From assembly GCA_009692185.1 (NCBI GenBank), contig SHZT01000009.1, forward strand, positions 49,335-113,334: a stretch of DNA of 64,000 nt. Direction: 5' to 3'. The translations under genes were made by a program, and so were the position numbers. Source of the DNA: Gemmatimonadota bacterium (GTDB lineage Bacteria; Gemmatimonadota; Gemmatimonadetes; Gemmatimonadales; GWC2-71-9). How positions within the stretch are numbered: the stretch's first letter is position 1; each line of letters starts with the position of its first letter. The notes below the pieces were generated by a model. The model saw nothing but the letters and a program-made list of their open reading frames with translations. It ran no database searches and was not told the origin of the DNA. Shown piece after piece: positions 18,459 through 26,394 of the stretch.

Positions 18459-19010
18459 ATGCGGTCGCTGACATTCTGGCTCCTGGCGCTCTCCCTGACC
18501 GGCTGCGGCTACAATCGCATCCAGACGCTCGACGAGCAGGTGAACGGGTACAAGGGGCAAATCGAGGTCCAGCTCCAGCGCCGGGGCGACCTGGTACCGA
18601 ACCTGGTCGAAACGGTGAAGGGCTACGCCAAGCACGAGGATTCCGTGTTCACCAAGGTGGCGGAGGCGCGCGCCAAGCTGGGCGGGGCGGTGCAAAGCGG
18701 ATCCCTGTCGCAGATGGCCGAGGCCAACCAGGGACTGACCGGGGCGCTGGGCCGGCTCATCGCGATATCGGAGGCGTATCCCCAGCTTCGGGCCAACGAG
18801 AACTTCAAGTCCCTGCAGGACCAGCTCGAGGGCACCGAGAACCGGATCGCGACGGCGCGGTCGGACTACAACGGCGCGGTCGAGACGTACAACAGCTACA
18901 TCCGACAGTTTCCGCAGGTGCTGACCGCGAAGGCTATCGGCAAACAGCCGCGCGAATACTTCGAGGTCACCGGCGCGGACAAGCGTGAGGCGCCCGCGGT
19001 GAAGTTCTGA
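18459..19010 (+). CDS. lemA: LemA family protein
   Basis: N-terminus is MRSLTFWLLALSLTGCGYNRIQTLDEQV...QLQRRGDLVPNLVETVKGYAKHE, and further in ...AISEAYPQLRANENF. Confidence 0.85.
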   Translation: MRSLTFWLLALSLTGCGYNRIQTLDEQVNGYKGQIEVQLQRRGDLVPNLVETVKGYAKHEDSVFTKVAEARAKLGGAVQSGSLSQMAEANQGLTGALGRLIAISEAYPQLRANENFKSLQDQLEGTENRIATARSDYNGAVETYNSYIRQFPQVLTAKAIGKQPREYFEVTGADKREAPAVKF

Positions 19011-20551
19011 CCAATTACGCCTGGGTCATTGATCAGACCACGTGCATCGGCTGTCACGCGTGCACCACCGCGTGCAAGTCCGAGAACGACGTGCCCCTGG
19101 GCGTATTCCGCACCTGGGTCAAGAACGTCGAGGTCGGCCGGTTCCCTGACGCGCGGCGGCATTTCGCGGTCATGCGGTGCAACCACTGCGCCGAGCCGCC
19201 GTGTGTGGATATCTGCCCCACCAACGCGATGCACCAGCGCCCTGACGGCATCGTGGACATCGCCCAGGACCTCTGCATCGGATGCAAGGCTTGCATGCAG
19301 GCCTGCCCATACGACGCGGTATACATGGATCCGGAAGAGGACACCGCGGCCAAGTGCCACTTCTGCGCGCACCGCGTAGACCAGGGCCTGTTGCCCGCGT
19401 GCGTGGTCGTCTGCCCCACCGAGTCACTCGTCTTCGGCGACATGGACGACCCGGAGTCCCGAGTCTCCCGTGTCCTCGGTACGACCCCGGTCTCCGTCCG
19501 GCGGCCGGACCAGGGCACGCGCCCCAAGGCGTTTTACGTCGGCGCTCATGAAGCCACGCTGAACCCGCTCGCGGCCCGGCATGACAACCGGTACATGTGG
19601 GCCGAACGGCCCGAAGGCACCGCAACCGACAACGCCACCCAGGCAGAGACGTTCGTCCCCGATCCACGACCCGCGGCGCCCGACGCACGGTCCCTCGACG
19701 CACGAGTGGCGTATGACGTGTCCCATCCTATTACGTGGCGCAGCAAGGTTTCAGGTTACCTGTGGACCAAGTCCCTCGCCGCCGGGATCGCGTTCATCGC
19801 GGCCCTGCCCGGCGCGCTCGGCGCACCGACCGGCCCGCTGTTCAACCGGATCGCCCCGATTCTCTCCCTCACGTTCCTGGCGCTGACCGGCATCCTGCTG
19901 ATTTCAGACCTGAAGCGCCCCGAGCGGTTCTGGTTCATCCTGCTCAAGCCGCACTGGAAGTCGTGGCTCACCAAGGGGGCGTACGTTATCACCCTCTTCG
20001 GCTTCCTGCTCACGCTATGGGCGGGTGCCGGCATCCTCGGCCAGGTTCCCAAGGCCGCGTTTGCCGCGGTCATCGCCGTCGCGGCGCTCGCGACGGCCGT
20101 CTACACGGCGTTCCTCTTCGCGCAGTGCGAAGCCCGGGACCTCTGGCAGAGCCCGATCCTCGGACTCCAGCTGGTATTCCAGATGGGCATCGCGGGAGCG
20201 GCGGGACTCCTCCTCGCCGGCGCGCTCATTCCCCACCGCGTGGCTGAGGCGGGCTACCTGACGAGTGCACTCATGTGGGCCCTTATTGGCCAGCTCGCCG
20301 CCACCTGGCTCGGCGAGCTCATGACCCGCCAAGGCTCACCCAACGCCCGCGCCGCCTCCCGGGTCATGACCCACGGCCGGTACGCGGCATGGTACTGGTT
20401 CGGCGTCCTGGGCGGTTGCGTCATTCCGCTCACCATCGTCCTGACCGGTAATCCGCACGGCGAGGCTATCGCGGCGGTATTCGCGCTCTCCGGCCTTTTT
20501 GCCACCGAGCACGCGTTCGTGATGGCAGGACAGGCGGTACCGATCTCATGA
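19007..20551 (+). CDS. fused 4Fe-4S ferredoxin subunit (DmsB/PsrB-like) and NrfD/PsrC-like membrane anchor
   Basis: There are four Cys clusters (CIGCHACTTAC, CNHCAEPPC, CIGCKACMQAC, CHFCAHR...C). About 8 TM helices follow, with the NrfD hallmark DLKRPERFWFILLKPHWKSWLTKGAY. The first cluster lies upstream of the called GTG at 19091. No ATG, GTG or TTG exists between the LemA stop and that cluster, so the start (CTG 19007 or ATT 19028) is uncertain. Confidence 0.75.
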   Translation: MTNYAWVIDQTTCIGCHACTTACKSENDVPLGVFRTWVKNVEVGRFPDARRHFAVMRCNHCAEPPCVDICPTNAMHQRPDGIVDIAQDLCIGCKACMQACPYDAVYMDPEEDTAAKCHFCAHRVDQGLLPACVVVCPTESLVFGDMDDPESRVSRVLGTTPVSVRRPDQGTRPKAFYVGAHEATLNPLAARHDNRYMWAERPEGTATDNATQAETFVPDPRPAAPDARSLDARVAYDVSHPITWRSKVSGYLWTKSLAAGIAFIAALPGALGAPTGPLFNRIAPILSLTFLALTGILLISDLKRPERFWFILLKPHWKSWLTKGAYVITLFGFLLTLWAGAGILGQVPKAAFAAVIAVAALATAVYTAFLFAQCEARDLWQSPILGLQLVFQMGIAGAAGLLLAGALIPHRVAEAGYLTSALMWALIGQLAATWLGELMTRQGSPNARAASRVMTHGRYAAWYWFGVLGGCVIPLTIVLTGNPHGEAIAAVFALSGLFATEHAFVMAGQAVPIS

Positions 20552-23391
20552 CCGAGCATCCCCCGATGCAGCCCGGTTTGTCTGCCTACCCGCCGTTCGC
20601 CCGCTGGGACAACTGGACCGAGCTCGAGTCCAAGGCCTGGCCGCGGCGCGAGGAACACCGCTACGCTCTGGTACCCACGACCTGCTTCAACTGCGAGTCG
20701 GCCTGCGGATTACTGGCGTACGTGGACCGGGATACCGAGGAAATCCGGAAGTTCGAGGGCAACCCACTTCATCCGGCGAGCCGCGGCCGCAACTGCGCCA
20801 AGGGCCCGGCAACGCTCAATCAAACACAGGACCCCGAGCGGATCCTGTACCCACTCAAGCGAAGTGGTGAGCGGGGCAAGGGCAAATGGGAGCGCGTAAC
20901 CTGGGACTCGGCGCTCGACGACATCGCGGGCCGCATCCGCACGGCGATCATCGAGGACCGGAAAAACGAAGTGATGTACCATGTGGGCCGGCCCGGTGAG
21001 GATGGATTCACCGAGCGTGTTCTCGCGGCATGGGGCATAGACGGGCACAACTCGCATACGAATATCTGCTCGTCATCGGCGCGCGCCGGGTATGCCTTCT
21101 GGATGGGCATAGACCGGCCGAGCCCGGACTACGCCAACGCGCGGGTGATCCTGCTCATTTCGGCGCACTTGGAGAGCGGGCATTACTTCAACCCGCACGC
21201 CCAGCGCATCATCGAAGGCAAGAAATCTGGCGCCAAGGTCATCGTGATGGACCCGCGGCTTTCCAACACCGCGACCCATGCCGACCACTGGCTGCCCACG
21301 CGCCCGGGAAGCGAGCCCGCAGTCCTGCTCGCGATCGCGAACCAGCTCATTCAGAACGGCACCTACAACCGTGACTTCCTGAAGAAATGGGTGAACTGGG
21401 AGCAGTTCCTCTCGGTCCGCCACCCGGGCCGGGAGCCACAGTTCGAGGATTTCGAGGCCGCGCTCAAGACCATGTACGCCGAGTACACGCCGGAGTTTGC
21501 GGCGCGAGAAGCCGGTGTGAGGGCGGAATCCATTGTCGAGGTGGCAAGGATCGTTGCGGGAGCGGGCACGGCGCTCGCGGCGCACAACTGGCGGGCGGCG
21601 GCGGCCGGGAACCTCCATGGATGGATGACCACCCGCTGCCTCTTTTTCCTCAACGTGCTCACCGGCAGCGTAGGCACGAAGGGCGGCACGAATCCCAACC
21701 GCACGAACAAGTTCGTGCCGAAGCACCACACCGCCCCCGCGCACCCGGACATGTGGAACGAGCTCACGTGGCCCCGTGAATACCCGCTGGCCTTTTTCGA
21801 GATGTCATTCCTCCTGCCCCACTTCTTGAAGGAAGGGCGCGGGACGCTGGCCATGTACTTCACGCGGGTCTACAACCCGGTCTGGACCAATCCCGACGGG
21901 TTCTCGTGGATCGACATGCTCACCGACCAATCCAAGGTCGAGTGCCACGCAGCCCTGACGCCCGTCTGGAGCGAGACGGCCTGGTTCGCCGACTACGTGT
22001 TGCCGATGGGGTTGGGCGGTGAGCGGCACGACCTCCATTCGTATGAAACCCACGCGGCCCAGTGGCTGGGATTCCGACAGCCGGTTCTCCGCGCCTACCG
22101 CGAGCGCACCGGGCGGCCAGTAAGCGACACGCGCGAAGTGAACCCGGGCGAGGTGTGGGAAGAGAACGAGTTCTGGATCGAGTTGTCCTGGCGGATCGAC
22201 CCCGACGGCGCGCTCGGCATACGCAAGCACTTCGAGTCGCCGTACCGGCCGGGGCAGAAGATCTCGGTGGACGAGTACTACCGCTGGATCTTCGAGAACG
22301 CGGTGCCCGGACTGCCCGAGGCGGCGGCGAAGGAAGGCCTGGAACCGCTGGACTACATGCGGCGGAAAGGATCGTTCGAGGTCGCGCGCGAGACGTACCT
22401 GACGCACGAAGACCTGGTCCCCGAGGCCGAATTGCAGGACGTCGCCGTGGACGCGCTCAACGGTACGGTCTTCACCCGGACGCCGGCGCCCCCTGATCCC
22501 AATGTGGCGCCCCGCCCCGCCCCGCCAGCCGACTCTTCAGGCCGGCGTCACGCCGGGGTCATGGTGGACGGCGTCGTGCGGCGCGGCTTTCCCACGCCCT
22601 CCGGGAAGCTCGAGTTCTACTCGCCGACACTAGCCGACTGGGGCTGGCCCGACCTCGCGGTGCCGTCGTACCCATCGAGCCACGTGGCCCACGCCAAGAT
22701 GGACCTCACGCGCGGCGAGTACTGCCTGGTTCCCACGTTTCGCTTGCCGGTGCTGATTCATACCCGGAGCGGAAACGCGAAATGGCTCAACGAAATCGCG
22801 CACTCGAATCCGCTCTGGCTCCACCCGGAAGATGCCGCCCGGATCGGCGTGACACTGGGGGAGCTGGTGCGAGTATCGACCGAGATCGGGCACTTTGTCG
22901 TCCCGGCGTGGGTCACCGAGGGGATTCAGTCCGGCGTCGTAGCGTGCTCGCACCACATGGGCCGCTGGCGCACGTCCGAAGATGAAGGAACGGATCGATG
23001 GTCATCGGCCCGGGTAAGTCTCGAGCGAAACGGGAGCGGCTGGATGATGCGGCGCGAGCACGGGGTCGAACCGTGGGACTCGACCGACCCCGATTCGGCA
23101 CGGGTCTGGTGGCACGACGCAGGCGTGCACCAGAACCTGACGTTCCCGGTGCACCCGGACCCGGTGTCGGGTCAACACGCATGGCACCAGAAGGTGCGGG
23201 TCGAGGCCGCCCACCCGGACGACCGCGAGGGCGACGTGTTCGCCGACACGGCCCGGGCTCACGCCGTATATAAGGAATGGCTGGCGATGGCCAAGCCGGC
23301 GCCTGGCCCCGGCGGCATGCGCCGGCCGCACTGGCTGCTCCGGCCGCTGAGGCCCACACTCAAGGCCTACACTATTGGGGAGACACCATGA
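20548..23391 (+). CDS. molybdopterin (bis-MGD) oxidoreductase catalytic subunit, no Tat signal
   Basis: The N-terminal FeS motif is CFNCESACGLL...GRNCAKG. The size is 947 aa, and the C-terminal section has a beta-barrel-like MGD cap (WLHPEDAARIGVTLGELVRV). The start forms an ATGA overlap with the upstream gene. Confidence 0.85.
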   Translation: MTEHPPMQPGLSAYPPFARWDNWTELESKAWPRREEHRYALVPTTCFNCESACGLLAYVDRDTEEIRKFEGNPLHPASRGRNCAKGPATLNQTQDPERILYPLKRSGERGKGKWERVTWDSALDDIAGRIRTAIIEDRKNEVMYHVGRPGEDGFTERVLAAWGIDGHNSHTNICSSSARAGYAFWMGIDRPSPDYANARVILLISAHLESGHYFNPHAQRIIEGKKSGAKVIVMDPRLSNTATHADHWLPTRPGSEPAVLLAIANQLIQNGTYNRDFLKKWVNWEQFLSVRHPGREPQFEDFEAALKTMYAEYTPEFAAREAGVRAESIVEVARIVAGAGTALAAHNWRAAAAGNLHGWMTTRCLFFLNVLTGSVGTKGGTNPNRTNKFVPKHHTAPAHPDMWNELTWPREYPLAFFEMSFLLPHFLKEGRGTLAMYFTRVYNPVWTNPDGFSWIDMLTDQSKVECHAALTPVWSETAWFADYVLPMGLGGERHDLHSYETHAAQWLGFRQPVLRAYRERTGRPVSDTREVNPGEVWEENEFWIELSWRIDPDGALGIRKHFESPYRPGQKISVDEYYRWIFENAVPGLPEAAAKEGLEPLDYMRRKGSFEVARETYLTHEDLVPEAELQDVAVDALNGTVFTRTPAPPDPNVAPRPAPPADSSGRRHAGVMVDGVVRRGFPTPSGKLEFYSPTLADWGWPDLAVPSYPSSHVAHAKMDLTRGEYCLVPTFRLPVLIHTRSGNAKWLNEIAHSNPLWLHPEDAARIGVTLGELVRVSTEIGHFVVPAWVTEGIQSGVVACSHHMGRWRTSEDEGTDRWSSARVSLERNGSGWMMRREHGVEPWDSTDPDSARVWWHDAGVHQNLTFPVHPDPVSGQHAWHQKVRVEAAHPDDREGDVFADTARAHAVYKEWLAMAKPAPGPGGMRRPHWLLRPLRPTLKAYTIGETP

Positions 23392-23855
23392 CCAGATCTC
23401 GTCTTGCGGCGTTGTCAGGACTGGCGATTCTCTTCCTCGCGCTCGCCGCGCTCGCCGCGCTCGCGCGCCCGGCGGGGCGCCCGCAGGGGCTCGCGGTCGT
23501 CGTCTACAAGTCGCCCACCTGCGGCTGCTGCGCGAAGTGGGTGGACTACATGAAGGCCCAGGGATACCAGGTGACCGTCCACGACATGGACGACGTCGAT
23601 CCGATCAAGGATCAGCAGCACGTCCCCGGCGACCTCCGCAGCTGCCACACCGCGCTCGTGGGCGGATACGTGATCGAGGGCCACGTCCCGGCCGACCTGA
23701 TCCAGAAGCTCATTAAGGAAAAGTCCACGCTTGCCGGGCTGGCGGTCCCCGGGATGGTCGCCGGCTCGCCGGGAATGGACGGCGGTGCCAAGGAAGCGTA
23801 CGACGTCGTTTCGTTCGACAAGAGCGGAAAGACGGGCGTCTATGCGAAGCGCTGA
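23388..23855 (+). CDS. DUF411 (CopG-like metal-binding) protein, exported
   Basis: Contains KSPTCGCCAKWVDYM and CHTALVGGYVIEGHVP, with a signal-like N-terminus. The start forms an ATGA overlap with the oxidoreductase stop. Confidence 0.8.
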   Translation: MTRSRLAALSGLAILFLALAALAALARPAGRPQGLAVVVYKSPTCGCCAKWVDYMKAQGYQVTVHDMDDVDPIKDQQHVPGDLRSCHTALVGGYVIEGHVPADLIQKLIKEKSTLAGLAVPGMVAGSPGMDGGAKEAYDVVSFDKSGKTGVYAKR

Positions 23856-24576
23856 CGCGCGCCTTGCGCTGGCCATCCTCGCCGCGGCGTCTCCGGTGAT
23901 GGCCCAGACCACGGCGCCTTCTGCTCCTCCGGCCGCGCCCCTGGGGCATCTCGACCCGCGTCGCATCGGCGAGGTCAAGCAGACATACAAGGTCGTTCTC
24001 GTTAACTAGGGCGTAGAGAAGGAAATCGGGCATGTGGTCAACGCCGTGGCGTTCGCGACCGTGGCCGGGTCCCCGTCGGTGGTCTGGGTCCAGTCGGTCA
24101 CCGACCAGAGCGGCGGCACCATGCTGGACTCCAGCATCGCCGACCGGGCGACCCTGCTTCCACGCACCCATCACACCACGAGCGCCGCACGCACCATGCA
24201 GCTCGAGTTTTCTCCAGGAAACGTGGTCGGGCAGTTCGTGGCGCGGGGCGAGGCGCCAGCCGAGATCAAGGAGAAGGTGAGCGAGGGTGTCTTCGACTCC
24301 AGCATGCTGGACGTGCTTGTGGCCGCGTTGCCGCTGGATGCAGGGTACAAGGCCCGACTGCCGGTGTTCCTGTGGGAAGCCGGCGGTGAGATCGACGCGG
24401 AGGTAGTGGTGACCGGCTCGGAAATGGTGGGGACGGACGACACGTGGACGGTCATCGTCACGCTCAAGGGCCGCCCGGCGCGCTACAACGTGACCAAGCG
24501 CCAGCCCAGGGTCGTGCAGATCATATCATCGCCGGCGCTGAACGTGGAAATCAAGTTCGTCCGGACCGGGCCCTGA
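23842..24576 (+). CDS. hypothetical exported protein interrupted by an in-frame TAG (24007..24009)
   Basis: ORF 23731..24009 (signal peptide MRSADARLALAILAAASPVMAQ from 23842) and ORF 24034..24576 are in the same frame. Only one TAG separates them, and the sequence is readable across the gap. Confidence 0.5.
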
Positions 24577-24592
24577 CCCACCGTACAACGCC

Positions 24593-25663
24593 ATGTGGAT
24601 CGCCGTCCGCCTCATCGCCGCGCTGGTCGCGTTTGTGGCGCGCTACGTTCGGAGGTTTTCTCCGCCCAGGGCCGCTGGAGACATCGACGGCACTCCCTAC
24701 TTCCAGGACGTCCACAAGTACAAGGGCCAGATAAGGGGTTTTCGGATCGGCGTCGGCCACAGGATGCCGGTGATTTTCCGGCTCCAGCCCGAAGGCTCCG
24801 GCGACCGGTTCTTCAAGGCCGTAGGACTGTCGAACGAGTTCCAGACCGGTGACGCCGAGTTCGATCGCCACGTCTACATCGCCTGTGACCACGTCGCGCT
24901 CTTCCATCACCTCCGGGCAAACAACGAAGCCCGGGCGAGGATTCGGGAGGTCCTGGCCGCCGGGTTCCGGCGCATCAGCGGCGATGGTGAGGTTATCTGG
25001 ATCGAGAGTACCGCGAAACGCCAGCCGACGATGGAGGAAGTGGAACTGGCGCTCCGGTTGCGGGACGCGATCGCCGCGATCGGCAAGCGATTCCACTACT
25101 ACTCGGACCCGTTTCTCGGGCGAGCGCTCGCGGTCGAGGCGCTCACGTGGTCGATACTCGGCTACGGCGCGGCTGGGGTCGGTGAGTACCTGTCACGACC
25201 GGAGAGCACATACCTGCACGCCAGGCAACTCCTGTGGCCCTCCCTCGCCGCCGCGGCCCTCATGTTCGGGGTCGTCTTCGGCGCGATCGTCCTCTTCCTG
25301 CGCGGCTCGTCCAGGGGCCACCGGCTCCTGATCGAGGGCGCCATCCTCTTGGCGCTTGGCCTGCCGATGACCGGCGCCCAGGTGGTCTCCGACCTGAACC
25401 GCGCGATGGACGTTTCCGGGGAGACGAAGGTCAGTTCACGAATTACGTGGACCGAGCGAATCAGGCACCGGAGCCGCCGGGGCGGCGTGCATTATACGTA
25501 CCACCTGCATCTCTGGTCACCGCCAAACCCGTTCGGCATGCCCGACCGGATCAGCGTGGGTCGAAGCATGTTCGCGGCGGCGTCTGAGGGCCAATTCGTG
25601 GACGTGTACGTGGGAAAGGGGTGGTTGGGCATACCCTGGTTCCGCCGGTTTGCACTGCGGTAG
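24593..25663 (+). CDS. hypothetical membrane protein
   Basis: This is a 356-aa ORF with an N-terminal TM and three to four central TM segments. No family recognised. Confidence 0.55.
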   Translation: MWIAVRLIAALVAFVARYVRRFSPPRAAGDIDGTPYFQDVHKYKGQIRGFRIGVGHRMPVIFRLQPEGSGDRFFKAVGLSNEFQTGDAEFDRHVYIACDHVALFHHLRANNEARARIREVLAAGFRRISGDGEVIWIESTAKRQPTMEEVELALRLRDAIAAIGKRFHYYSDPFLGRALAVEALTWSILGYGAAGVGEYLSRPESTYLHARQLLWPSLAAAALMFGVVFGAIVLFLRGSSRGHRLLIEGAILLALGLPMTGAQVVSDLNRAMDVSGETKVSSRITWTERIRHRSRRGGVHYTYHLHLWSPPNPFGMPDRISVGRSMFAAASEGQFVDVYVGKGWLGIPWFRRFALR

Positions 25664-25720
25664 CACCTACGGGCTGCCCAGCGTATACTCAACCCGTTCC
25701 CACCAAACGGAGTCACGAGA

Positions 25721-26299
25721 ATGAAGAGTGCCGTGGTTCTCCTTGCCGCCGCTTCGCTGGTCGGGTCGGGCACGCTGTCGGCCCAGCAACCGGCCGCCGC
25801 CCCGCCGGCGCCGCCACCGCTCGAGATCGGCGCCGTGGCGCCGGACTTCGCCATGCCGGGCGCCACCCGCTACGGCGTTCTGCGGGACCCGATCAAGCTC
25901 AGCGACTTCAAAGGGAAGACGGTCGTGCTGGCCTTCTTCTTCCGCGCCCGAACGCGTGGCTGAACCATCCAAATGCACGCGTACCGTGATCAGTACGCGC
26001 AGATCTTCAGAGGCGGACAGAACGTCGTCCTCATCGGCATCAGCGTAGACAGTGCCGGGGCGCTGGCTTCATGGGCCAGGGATGACCAGTTCCAGTTCCT
26101 GATGGGATCCGACACCGACCAGGCGGTCGGCAAGGCTTACGGCGCTATTCGCGGTGGCTCCGACAACCGGAACCTCTTCGTGGTGGGACCGGACGGGAAA
26201 ATTGCCTGGCGGGCGACGCCGTTCCGCGAGATAGACCCGCTGGCGTACACCGAGCTGGCAGCGGCGCTCGACAAGATCTCACCGCCCGAGCAGAACTAG
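25721..26299 (+). CDS. exported peroxiredoxin (AhpC/TSA-Bcp/AhpE-like) with TGA at the peroxidatic Cys position (candidate selenocysteine)
   Basis: ORFs 25721..25963 and 25973..26299 share one frame. Joined, they read ...FKGKTVVLAFFFRARTRG[TGA]TIQMHAYRDQYAQIF...VVLIGISVDS...DNRNLFVVGPDGKI. The signal peptide is MKSAVVLLAAASLVGSGTLSAQ. Confidence 0.7.
25978..25999 (+). promoter_or_regulatory. candidate bacterial SECIS-like hairpin
   Basis: CGCGTAC (25978-25984) pairs perfectly with GTACGCG (25993-25999). The loop is CGTGATCA. The stem starts 15 nt after the TGA at 25961-25963. Confidence 0.45.
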
Positions 26300-26394
26300 A
26301 CGGATAGGCGGATAGACAGGTAGAAAAAGGGCGGAGACCGATCTTGGTCCCCGCCCTTTCGTTATCTGTCCATCCGTCTATCCGCCTATCCGTC
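26299..26394. repeat. long inverted repeat built of GGATAGG/CGGATAG units, between convergent genes
   Basis: GACGGATAGGCGGATAGAC at 26299-26317 is the exact reverse complement of 26376-26394. The inner parts pair imperfectly. The right arm encodes the last residues and the stop of TlpA. Confidence 0.9.
26324..26359. terminator. bidirectional intrinsic terminator
   Basis: AAAAAGGGCGGAGACC-GATCTT-GGTCCCCGCCCTTT forms an 11-bp stem with one mismatch. It is flanked by an A-run and a T-run and sits between convergent genes. Confidence 0.7.

Noticed and set aside
25961-25963. The TGA in the peroxiredoxin as an ordinary nonsense mutation or pseudogene.
   Set aside because: This is not excluded, but it is disfavoured. 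The codon coincides with the single catalytic Cys column. The downstream 109 codons remain open with family-like sequence, and a hairpin lies at SECIS-like spacing. It is kept as a finding with explicit refutation tests.
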